Part shown: one piece after another, positions 45,937 through 56,175 of the stretch
Layout: every line of letters begins with the position of its first letter
Position numbering within the stretch: position 1 is the first letter of the stretch
From: Thraustochytrium aureum
Lineage: Eukaryota
DNA length: 64,000 nucleotides
Direction: 5' to 3'
Assembly: GCA_012862495.1 (NCBI GenBank)
Contig: BLSG01000391.1
Location: 355,760-419,759 of the forward strand
Position numbers and translations under genes: made by a program
The notes under the pieces: generated by a model
What the model was told of the DNA's origin: nothing
The model's database searches: none
Seen by the model: the letters and a program-made list of their open reading frames with translations, nothing else

Positions 45937-47088
45937 CTACAGCGCCGCAGCGAGAAAGCCAGCCGCAGCAGCGGCCACGAGGGGAGCAAGCACTGCGCCG
46001 CCAGCGGCGGCCGACGTGGGCTCGCCCGGTGCTTTCGGGTCGATCGAGAGCTCGAGCGTGGTGTCCGGGCTCGCAAGGCCGCACACTGCGCGGCCGATGA
46101 TCGGGGAGGTCTTGTCCTCGGTGGCGTGCACAACCATGGTCCTCCCAACGATGGGGGCGAGGCTCGCCGAAGCAGCAATGGTGGCCACCTCGCGCCACTC
46201 GGCCATGCCTTCGCCGTTGGCCTTGACGGCGCCCATGGCAGCGCCAATGGCGCTCGAGCTGTCAAACTCTGGGCCGAGCGCGTCGGTGCCCACGATGTCC
46301 CCGAAGGTGCTAAAGTGCACGGCGTGCTCGCCGTTCGCCGTGAGGCCCTTGATTTGGAGCTTGCTCGTCGTCGCTTTGCCGTCACCGCCAAACCCGGTCG
46401 TGAAGAGCGCGCGCCCGCTGACAGTAAAGTCGCCCTCCTTGATGAAGCTGCAGTGCACGCGCGTCGGCGGCGACATGGCGGCCGCCTTCGACTCTTGAGC
46501 GCCGCTAGCAGCGCCGATCATGCCAAAGGCGTACACGCCGCCAGCGTCTCCGAACGGGGGCAGGCCGTTGTCGACGCGCTCGTGGATCAGGACGGACCTG
46601 CCAATGATCGACTTGGTGTTGTGCGAGAGCGACATTTTGCCCTGGCCATACACGAACGTCTGGCTCACCGTGCAGTCAGGCTGCGCGGTAATGTTTCCCA
46701 TGTCGCCGCTCTGCCGCCGCTGGCTCGGGGGGAACCCGTGCACAGTGTCGTCGTCGCATGACTGGTTGGCTTCGTCGTCGGGCACGCAGTGAGCGACAAA
46801 GTGGAGGCCTATCCGTGCAAGGGTGTCGCTCTCCGAGTCGTCGCCGAACTGGTGCACGTGAAACCCGTGCTCCCCTGGTGTGATCCCGGTCAGCTCAAGC
46901 TGCACGGTGACATCACCTTCCGGCTCAGCTTGGGTCCAGGTCACCGTGCCGCCGATGGGGTCCGCGCACGACTTCTTGTCCGCGCTGCTTGACGGCCTGA
47001 TCAGCGACGTCGCCACAAACTGCGCATCAGCGCTTCCCGCGGCTGCCGCGAGCCACGCGGCGGCGAGCACCACCGACGGGGCCTTCAT
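45937..47088 (-). CDS. Secreted, probably GPI-anchored tandem Cu/Zn-SOD-fold protein
   Basis: Signal MKAPSVVLAAAWLAAAAGSADA; domain 1 GEHGFHVHQFGD, GLHF, HGFP, GDMGNI, IIGRSVLIHERVD; domain 2 GEHAVHFSTFGD…IVGRTMVVHATED; hydrophobic C-terminus. Confidence 0.85.
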   Translation of the reverse strand: MKAPSVVLAAAWLAAAAGSADAQFVATSLIRPSSSADKKSCADPIGGTVTWTQAEPEGDVTVQLELTGITPGEHGFHVHQFGDDSESDTLARIGLHFVAHCVPDDEANQSCDDDTVHGFPPSQRRQSGDMGNITAQPDCTVSQTFVYGQGKMSLSHNTKSIIGRSVLIHERVDNGLPPFGDAGGVYAFGMIGAASGAQESKAAAMSPPTRVHCSFIKEGDFTVSGRALFTTGFGGDGKATTSKLQIKGLTANGEHAVHFSTFGDIVGTDALGPEFDSSSAIGAAMGAVKANGEGMAEWREVATIAASASLAPIVGRTMVVHATEDKTSPIIGRAVCGLASPDTTLELSIDPKAPGEPTSAAAGGAVLAPLVAAAAAGFLAAAL

Positions 47089-48075
47089 CTCTTCAGCTCG
47101 AGGACTCGGCGCCAAGCTCCCGCGCGGGAGTGCTCGCTCTTGCAGTTCGGCCGACCAATCGATCGAACGATCGGTCGAACGAACGATCGACAAATAGACA
47201 GAACAAACTCCAGACAGCCGGTGCCGCCTGGCCAGCCACGAGCTCTTGCGTGCCTCCGCGCCACTTGCGTCTCCGCTGTGCGTCTCCGCTGTGCGTCTCG
47301 AGTGCGTCTCNNNNNNNNNNNNNNNNNNNNNNNNNNNNNNNNNNNNNNNNNNNNNNNNNNNNNNNNNNNNNNNNNNNNNNNNNNNNNNNNNNNNNNNNNN
47401 NNNNNNNNNNNNNNNNNNNNNNNNNNNNNNNNNNNNNNNNNNNNNNNNNNNNNNNNNNNNNNNNNNNNNNNNNNNNNNNNNNNNNNNNNNNNNNNNNNNN
47501 NNNNNNNNNNNNNNNNNNNNNNNNNNNNNNNNNNNNNNNNNNNNNNNNNNNNNNNNNNNNNNNNNNNNNNNNNNNNNNNNNNNNNNNNNNNNNNNNNNNN
47601 NNNNNNNNNNNNNNNNNNNNNNNNNNNNNNNNNNNNNNNNNNNNNNNNNNNNNNNNNNNNNNNNNNNNNNNNNNNNNNNNNNNNNNNNNNNNNNNNNNNN
47701 NNNNNNNNNNNNNNNNNNNNNNNNNNNNNNNNNNNNNNNNNNNNNNNNNNNNNNNNNNNNNNNNNNNNNNNNNNNNNNNNNNNNNNNNNNNNNNNNNNNN
47801 NNNNNNNNNNNNNNNNNNNNNNNNNNNNNNNNNNNNNNNNNNNNNNNNNNNNNNNNNNNNNNNNNNNNNNNNNNNNNNNNCGCTCGATCTATTCGGTGAC
47901 GGTGGTGGCAACCAACTTGAAGATGGCATGGCATCCACGCGCCCGACCCGACACATGAGCAGTTGGAACTGGTCGCCTGCTTGCGCGAGCGCAGGTGCAG
48001 GCGCACAGGCCGTCCGATAGCGGTTCGCAGTTCATAGTTCTAAAGTTATCTGTCTACCTGTAGAGAGAGGAATGG

Positions 48076-51000
48076 TCAGACTGCCGCTGCGACGGCCGTG
48101 GCCGTCTTGCCCGTGCTCGATGTAGCAGCAGAGTAGGCCGGGCGGCCACAAAAGAGGCGGCCAAAGTGGTAGCCGAGGTCGCCAAAGTAGGGGTTGTCCG
48201 GGAGCAGCACGAGGCAGAGCGGCATGAAGAAGAAGAGGCTGTAAACGAACGAGCCCACAATCGTCAGCACGATGAGGGTCGCCATTTTGGAGAAGAACGC
48301 GAGCTGCGTGAAAAACATGACCGCGCTGCTGAGCGCGGTGGTCGCCGACGCCGCGAGCACGGTCGGGCCCATGACCGTGGCCGTGTACACGAAACGCTCG
48401 ACCTTGGTGTGCTGCCCCTCGCTGATAGCATGGCTGAACACTTGTCCGAGGTGCAGCACATAATCTACTGACAAGCCCACAACCATGAGCGCAGCGATTG
48501 CCTCGCCGATTCCGAGGCTCCAGCCCATGAGCTGCGCGCTCGCCAAAACAAAGACGACGATGCTGACGATCCCGATGACTGCAAACAGGCTGAGCACAAA
48601 GTTGAAAGTCGACGCTAGCATGACGAGGAAGGCACACGGGAGACTGATGCTCAGGCCCTGAAACATGCCGGTCACGATGCCGCGCTCCGTGTTGATCCAG
48701 ACCATGTCGATGTTGATCTGGTAGAACGACTCGAGCTGCTTGGGCGCGCCAGCGAGCTGGGTCCGGTACCAGTCGTCAAGCAGGTCGAGCACAGGGCCCT
48801 TGACTTGCTCCGGCTGGAAGGTCTTGAGCGAGCTGCGGTACTGCATGCGAAAATAGAGCAGCTTCAACCCGCCAGACGCAGTGGTGACCAAGCCAACGTC
48901 GCTCGTCCGCGACGTGGTAGTGGCAAATTCACCCAGGCGCTCGAGAAAGAGCGCCGGGTTCGACTCGCCGAGAAGGCGCGGCTCGACCTCGCCGGGAAAG
49001 GCTGACGCATACCAGAGGTAAAAGTCGGTAATCGTGCAGCGCACGTCCGTAACGAGGAGGCCAGCCGGGTCCACGCAGGCCTCGAGCTTGGCGTTGGCGC
49101 CGCCCGGGATGCAGCTGAGTCCTTGCAGCGAGTTGCAGATGCCGACCAGGTAGTCTTGCACCGCCGTCGGGGTGATGTCAAAGTCGGGGTCGTAGATGGC
49201 TGTGCCGCGGTTCTCGTTCGGCTTGAAGCGCTCGAATTCCGACCTGTCCACGCCAGCGATGCCAAACACGAGGTAGGGCTCCGCAAAGTCGGCGTCGCCA
49301 CCAGCAAAAGTCTTGTAGTCGGCGTCGAAACCCGTGAACATGTGGCTCTCGCCGAACGGCTCGTCGTCTTCGGCTGGCGTGGTAAGCTTGAGCGCAAAGT
49401 TGGTCATCACGCCTGCAAACGCAACCAGGCCGAGCACGCAGAAAAGAGCCACCAGCCTGAGCCTCGAGCGGCCGAGCGGGACGCTGGCCAGCATGGCGGG
49501 CACGTAGACGTCGGCGAACGCGCGGTCTTCGAGGGACTTGTGGTGGGCGAGCTCGTGCAAGCCGCGGCCCTCGGCCTTGTGAGCCGCCGCCGCCTCGGCG
49601 TTTGTGGCGGTGGGCGCGCGCACGCAGGCGCAGCAAAACGGACGGCGGTCGAAGTAGCGCACCTTGATAATGAGAAAGCCCGGAAACATGAAGAGCGTCC
49701 NNNNNNNNNNNNNNNNNNNNNNNNNNNNNNNNNNNNNNNNNNNNNNNNNNNNNNNNNNNNNNNNNNNNNNNNNNNNNNNNNNNNNNNNNNNNNNNNNNNN
49801 NNNNNNNNNNNNNNNNNNNNNNNNNNNNNNNNNNNNNNNNTGAGAAAGCCCGGAAACATGAAGAGCGTCCACGCGTAGTTGACCATGACGGCAATCGCCG
49901 CGAAAAACCCAAAGCCCGCCACAGGCGTGACCGGGCTCACCCCGCTCGACATAAACGCAATAAAGGTGGTCACGCTCGTATTGAAGACTGCGGTCGCCGC
50001 GCGCGTCCACGCGTACGCGAGGCGCGCCACGAGGATCTCGGTGTCGCCGTCACCAGTGCCGTACACGTTGGCGGCCTCGGCCGCTTGACGGTTTGGCAGA
50101 CCGCGCATGTGCACCCAGGTAGCGCCGCTCATTTTGAAGGCGTCCACGAAGACGAAGAGGTCGTCGGCGCCGATTCCCAGCACGAGGAAGAGGGCGACAA
50201 TGTGAATCGAGTTAAAGTAGAGGATGCGAAGCACGCCGCTGTAAATGAAAAGCGCCACGGGGATGCTAAACACAATGGCGAGTATTGCGTTCACCGTGAG
50301 CCAGAGGCTGCGCACGTGCGCGTATACCAAGAATCCAACAAGGACGGCGGCCGCGCTGGCCAAGAGCTGGTCCGAGCTAACCAGCGACTCGAACTGGTTG
50401 CTTCGCCAGTAAAAGTTGTGAAACCGGAGCTGCATCCCGTCGCCAAGGTCAAGCGCCTTGATGTTGTACGGTGAGCTGAAGAAGCTGCCCTCCATCCCGT
50501 TCGCCTCCAAGACGGCTTTCTCCACGTCGTCAAGGAACGGCTTGTACAGCTCGCCCTGAGCGCCCGAGTCGCTGACAGCCACGTCCTGGAACGCTTGGCC
50601 GTCTGGCGTGGAATCGGCGCCAAGCGGCCCGCCCAAGGCGATCACGCTCCGCGTCGTCGACAGCACCCCGGTGTCGAGGAATGCGCTGTTGATAAAGAAT
50701 GCCGACTCGGCTAGCGCGGTGCTCAGGAGTGCGTCGCGCGCGGCACCAAAAGCAGCTCGGGGATCAGTTCGCACGCGTCCCGCGCCGCCTCGTCCACGTA
50801 GAAACGTGTCACCAGGTCACTGCCGACCTGTGGGACGCAGGCCGACTCGGCCCCCTTGGCCTCATTGGTGACGCAGAATTTCGGGTAGGAAGGGTGACTG
50901 ACGATGGCGCGCTCGAATTGGCACAAACGCTGCACCATTTTGGCTGTCAGGATGCTTTCGGAGCGGGTCGGGTCGGACCACTCGACGATCACCTGTGTCG

Positions 51001-51313
51001 AAGAAGCAGGAAACGAGGCCGTCCGAGCGAGCACGGTGACGTTGCTGGAGGCCGCCGACTCTGTCGATTCGACTGCGTCTCGCATGCTATCGAATCGCTC
51101 TGACTCGATGCTGGACGTCACGATCCAGTCGCCTCCAGAAATGTCCTCCACTTTGAACCAGCCCGCACGAAAGGATACCAGGGTCATCATGATGGCCAGC
51201 ACCCACCAGAACACGTAGCACTTGATCGGGTGCTTGACAAACACGATGGCGGCCCTCTCGCTCAGCATTAGCCGGTCGCTCCTTGCAATCACGTGCTCGA
51301 TCTCGTCCCCCAT
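48076..51313 (-). CDS. Dispatched/Patched-family RND (sterol-sensing-domain) transporter; frameshift at about 50759-50762 and an artefactual gap at 49701-49840
   Basis: TM4 LGIGADDLFVFVDAF; TSVTTFIAF; FGFFAAIAV; TM10 VGLSVDYVLH; MGPTVLAASATTA; FFMPLCLV. Confidence 0.88.
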
Positions 51314-51680
51314 TTTGGCTTGATCGCCTGTCGCCGTTCAGGCCCACGACGAGCTCGGGCCTCGGCGCAGGATTCTTTCTCGTGGCGCGCGGAGTTGCTG
51401 GAGTTCGATGCGATTGGGTTTTGTCGTTCAACGCGCAACAGGTCCACGCCGCTTGTGGTGGTATCTGCTGCTCGCGAGCAGTTGTACTGAGGGAGACGCG
51501 CCCAAGTACGTGCTCACAAGGTGGAGCACGTTTAGCCGCAGTTCTTGACCGTCGCTGTCGAGGGCTTCCATTCCAGTCCATTCCAGTAGAGGGTACTTGC
51601 ACCAACTTGAACGTCGTCGCTCACTGGTACTCCTTGAGCCCTTCGCCTCGCCGGCTGCAGCGGCTTGCATAGCAGGATAC

Positions 51681-51806
51681 GCCTTGCGCCTTTGGCGATT
51701 CCTTTCCCTGGGGATCTATCAAGCCATTTTCGTTTCACCAAGGGCCTTGCGCCTTCGGCGATTCCTCTCCAGATCTATCAAGCCACTTCTCGTTTCACCA
51801 AAGGCC
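51681..51806. repeat. Direct repeat of about 63 bp x2
   Basis: gccttgcgcctt.ggcgattcct…gatctatcaagcca…cgtttcaccaa at 51681 and 51744. Confidence 0.85.
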
Positions 51807-52539
51807 GCATAAAGGCCGAGAAGGAGTGCAAGCCTGCAACAGCGCTTGCGATTGGTTTCGCGCGTGGCCGCCAACCTCGGGTTGGATCGATATGCACACA
51901 TGCAGACCAAGCCAACCACTGGCAGGGCTCACGTTTCAACAGCGTAATGCTCAAGTAGGAAACACCAGTGTCATGACACCAGGCACACCTCGGTGGGCAG
52001 AGTAGAGTGAGCGCCACTCCACACGCGATGTCGGCCACCCCTTGGACCACCCGTAGGTCGGAATGTTTAGGCAGTTCCAAAACGGCGCCGCGCCCTTGTT
52101 CTGGCCGCGCTCTGCCGCTCCATGAGCGTTGGGATGGAGGCTTACGTTGAGATGGAGGTTGGCTCGAACTGGGCCCAGAGCCCATAAAAAGCCGTCAGGC
52201 CTGATGGCGCGTGGGAGCCAGCTTTACGACGGCAACGATCGTCACCTTTGATTGATTCCAAGCGCAGTTGCGACCATGTTGGCTTCCACCGCCGACGGCC
52301 CGAGTCTTCATTAACTACAGCGTCGAGGGCATGGCGCGCGTGGCCCTGCCGGACGAACGCGTGACACCACGATCGCTCAGCCGCTTCGTGCCGAGCCGTC
52401 GTGCGAGCTGAAGAATGGCTCGTAGGCTGGGGAAAGGACAGAGGGCGCCCTGCCAAGGATCTCTGTTCGAGCGAGTGGAAGACTCTAGCTAGCTCTAGAG
52501 ACGAGTACTGCCACAACGCCGAGCTGCGCCGCGCCAAGC

Positions 52540-53239
52540 ATGGCGGATGACTGCGCCTCCGTCTCTGCAGGTGCTTTGGAAGAGCAGCGGGTGAAGCAGC
52601 GGGCAACAGCGATTGAGATCGTGAGCACGGCCCTGGCGCAAGTCGAAAAATGCATCGCGGCCTCCAAAGACCCGGTGACCACGGTCTCCTCCACTGACGC
52701 GCTGGAGAGCCTCTTGGCCGTCGAGCGTAGGGCTCGAAACTACGTGGCAAGACCTCCCTCAAAGGACGCGCGCGGCATATGGCGACATCGACAAGTACAG
52801 CGCCAGGTTCACAGAACGAATTGCTGATCTGCGCGGTGAAGCAGCCGAACCGGGGCTAGCCACAGTCAGGGACCTTTTGGCCAAATTCAAAGACGAGTTG
52901 AAGACCCGGCCAAGCCTCGAGGATGTCGATTGGTCGCCCCTCTTCGTAACGCGGGCGGAATACTTTGGCCTTGACGAAGTGTGGTGCACGCGGCTGCTGA
53001 TGGAGCTTTGGGCCCGTGGAATCGCTACTGGCGGGTCGCCGAGCCCGTTTGCCTTTAATTTAAGAGAAAATGTTCGGGCGAGGACTGCCAGCGAGAAGCC
53101 GGCGCCCGCGCGGCACGACGCCGTGGCGGTGATCGGACCCGCTGAGGCCGATCGACTCCTTGAAGGGGTCGACGCTGTGCTGCGCGACCATCGCGCGCGG
53201 CAGGTATGCGGCATCAGCCCGAATTCTGTATTTAATTAA
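52540..53239 (+). CDS. Hypothetical protein of about 230 aa, probably ORFs 52540..52827 and 52877..53239 joined by a frameshift near 52750-52780
   Basis: ATG in strong context; the second frame is open from about 52765 (AAYGDIDKYSARFTERIADLRGE…) and protein-like. Confidence 0.5.
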
Positions 53240-53298
53240 AAAAAGAAGAAGGTGACTCGACTAGTGGCCATTCTGCTCGACCAGCCGCATGCCGAGGT

Positions 53299-54782
53299 CT
53301 AGCTTTCAGGCGCGCCCGCAGGGCGGCGGGAACGCGGCGCGAGCTCAAGCTCGTCTGACAGCCCAAACTCTGAGCGGTGCTCGTCTTCGTAAAACACGTC
53401 CTGATCGAACGGATCGTCATCGTCACCGACAAGGCCAACTGACTCGGCCGCCGAGAGCTGCACGTAGACGGAGCGCGCGGACGGGCGGAAGAGAACGCCG
53501 ATTATCAGGTAGAACGCGACCGAGGCAAGCTCGCGCACCACGCCTCCCAGGTAGCGGCGACGAAAGTTGACGTTGCTGCTGATGACGAAGGGGATGACGC
53601 GCGTAAAATAGACGTACGAGAGCACGAGCACATAAAACCGTTGAAACTGCTTGAGCCGCGCAAGCTCCGCGTCGCGCTTGGCGCCCTCGCCCGGCTTGCC
53701 CGCAAAGCTCGAGTTGCGCTCCAGCCGCTGAATGTGCGCAAAGAGCGGGAGGCCAACCAGAAAGCAGCAGGCCAGGTCGACAATCTGGAACACGACACGC
53801 CACTGCAGAAACGCCTCGCTGCCCCGCGGCATCTCGTCCGCCACGGTGAGCGCAATGTTAGCGACAAGCTGCAGTGGCAAGACGAGAATGAGAATCCGCT
53901 TTTCCTTGTCGTCGAGCGCAGGGCGCAGCACGGACCACCCCGTTCCAAGGAGGATGACGACCACGAAAAACATGAGCCCTCTCAAGGCCTTGAGTGTGTG
54001 GGACAGGATGTCCCACATCAGGCTCCGCCCGTAGACGGAGACAAGGTGCTGGTCCACTGTCCAGGCAAACACGGCAAGCACCTTGAGCGTCAGAAAGGCG
54101 GTCAGAAGGTGGTGCACCTTGTGCACCTGCCCCTCGGCCGTCGCCCCACGCAACAGCCGAACCCACGCAGCGAGCAAGCCGGCGTAGACTAGGCAAAACA
54201 AAAGCAACACGGTTGGGGCATCGCCCCCGCGCTCAGAAACCCGTTCTCGTTCTTCATCTCGCACGTAAACTTGAACGACACGCCCGAGTCTGACCCGCAG
54301 TGAACGTACGAGACCTCGTAGATGCCCTCTTTGTCAGCCGAGATGGTCTCTTCGCGGACCTGGCTGTCCCCGCCGGGGGCTTTGACCTGCTGCGGTGTAA
54401 ACTCGAGCGTGAACAGCGCGCCAAGGGAGCTGTCGGACAGCGGACATGTCCTGTTCGTGGCCGACGTCTCGTCGCTTTGCGCGTCCCGGAACGCGCCGAG
54501 GACGCCCTCCTCGTTGTCCGCCCGAATCACCAAAAAGCCGGCCCGCGTGTCCATCGCGGCCTCCGGCGCGAACGCAAACCCGCTGACTTCGATGCGCATC
54601 TTGCCGCCTTGCACAAACCCAAACTCCTCGATCGGGTAAATCCTGCGCGTGTCCTCCTGGACGCCAAACTGGACCACCACGGCATCGGCGCCAGCGGCGA
54701 CCGCAGCGAGCGCGGCCGCGGCCCGGCACCAGGGCCTCCTCCTGCCCGCCTTGCAGCCCGCGCCGCCGGCCCCCAAAGCCAT
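53299..54782 (-). CDS. GPR107/GPR108-like (Lung seven-TM, GOST family) protein; frameshift in the homopolymer at 54224-54228
   Basis: Luminal IEEFGFVQGG…GIYEVSYVHC…NENGFLSAG; 7TM VHKVHHLL, ILLGTGWSVLRPALDDKEKRILILVLPLQLVANIA, VDLACCFLV, KQFQRFYVLVLSYVYFTR, FRP. Confidence 0.92.
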
Positions 54783-54824
54783 CGAGAGCGCGCTCGACTG
54801 ATGTCCGCGGCCTCCTCGCGCGCC

Positions 54825-54960
54825 GCAAAAGCCGCGTCCTCAACGCGTTCGATGGTGCTCTGCTCGGGTACAGTGTACTCCGGCGCCAGCAATGGTAGGA
54901 TCAACTGTGGATCTTCGATGTTGATTGCCCGAGTCATGTTGACGATGGTGGAGGGAGCTC
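54825..54960 (-). pseudogene. Possible hAT transposase relic fragment
   Basis: IVNMTRAINIEDPQLILPLLAPEYTVPEQSTIER resembles the hAT block RPxxIVED…L.P.YxxPxRxTI. Confidence 0.3.
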
Positions 54961-56175
54961 CCCGTTGCGCGCGTGCGTGCGTGCAAGCGCGCGTGCAAGA
55001 GCGCGGCGGGCGTGGCGGCAGGCGGGTTGGTGTACTGCGCGCGCCTCGTGGTCATTGTTCTTATTTCTGGCGTGCTAATGATGGTGGCATTTGAAGTTGT
55101 GGGGCTGGTGCGAGCTCATGGCTCTGTGCGCGCGCCTGCGGCCGTACGTGCGTGCGTGCGTGCGTGCATATGTGTGCGTGCGGTATACATACGTTGGGCG
55201 AAGTATGGGCGGCGCAATTGATGATGTGACGCCCGTGGTGCAGCATATGGTGAAATGGGCATGTGCCAGAACCCGGGCTCCACGCGAAGCACTGCGATCT
55301 TGTGCGGTCCTGAACCGGGAGCAAGCCGATGGCGGCCAGCGAGCGAGGGATGCAGGCGATCGATCTGTTTGTCTTCCTCGCGCAACCTGGCTGACCAGGC
55401 ACCGCTCAATCAAGACAGGCATCGAGCACCAAGGCCACGAGAATGCAAGCGATCGATCCGCCGCGCAGCTCGGCTCGCCCGAACCTCGTTGTCAGCACTC
55501 TAGCTAGTACCTGTGCGCAACCCGGGCCTGGGAGGCAGTGTCCAGATTCAACCTTGCTGCTGCGCAAGAAAATCAAGCCACAAGTAAGCCAAGGCCAACA
55601 GCCACAAAACATCCCGAAAAGGAGCATCGTTGCGCTCACCTGTTGCCAGCGCTGACCGGCTTGCGCGCAGCCCGTGCTCGGTAAGTAGGTAANNNNNNNN
55701 NNNNNNNNNNNNNNNNNNNNNNNNNNNNNNNNNNNNNNNNNNNNNNNNNNNNNNNNNNNNNNNNNNNNNNNNNNNNNNNNNNNNNNNNNNNNNNNNNNNN
55801 NNNNNNNNNNNNNNNNNNNNNNNNNNNNNNNNNNNNNNNNNNNNNNNNNNNNNNNNNNNNNNNNNNNNNNNNNNNNNNNNNNNNNNNNNNNNNNNNNNNN
55901 NNNNNNNNNNNNNNNNNNNTCGAGGCGAACTACAGAGGATGTACTCGAGTACACTCGGAGGACGTACTCGCTCCACTACACGAACGACTCAATCAACGGA
56001 GCACGCTGCAGACCCCGAACGGACGAACGCGCGTGGACAGGGCGAGCGAGGACAGCGCGCAGGCTGGCTTGCTGACTTGCTCACGGCGCGGCTTCGAGCT
56101 CGCGGGGGCAGTGCTGGCTGGCGAGGAGCGCAGGGATTTTGGTTGCGATTCTGGCTCTCCACGCAGGTCGGCGGA

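Noticed and set aside
47155..47195. GATC/CGAT-rich tracts near gene starts (also about 27925 and 32670)
   Set aside because: Low-complexity simple repeats that cannot be distinguished from background without genome-wide statistics
1446..54228. Programmed ribosomal frameshifting as a system across several genes
   Set aside because: The shifts go in both directions, sit mostly in short homopolymers and share no slippery or stimulator motif; sequencing error is simpler
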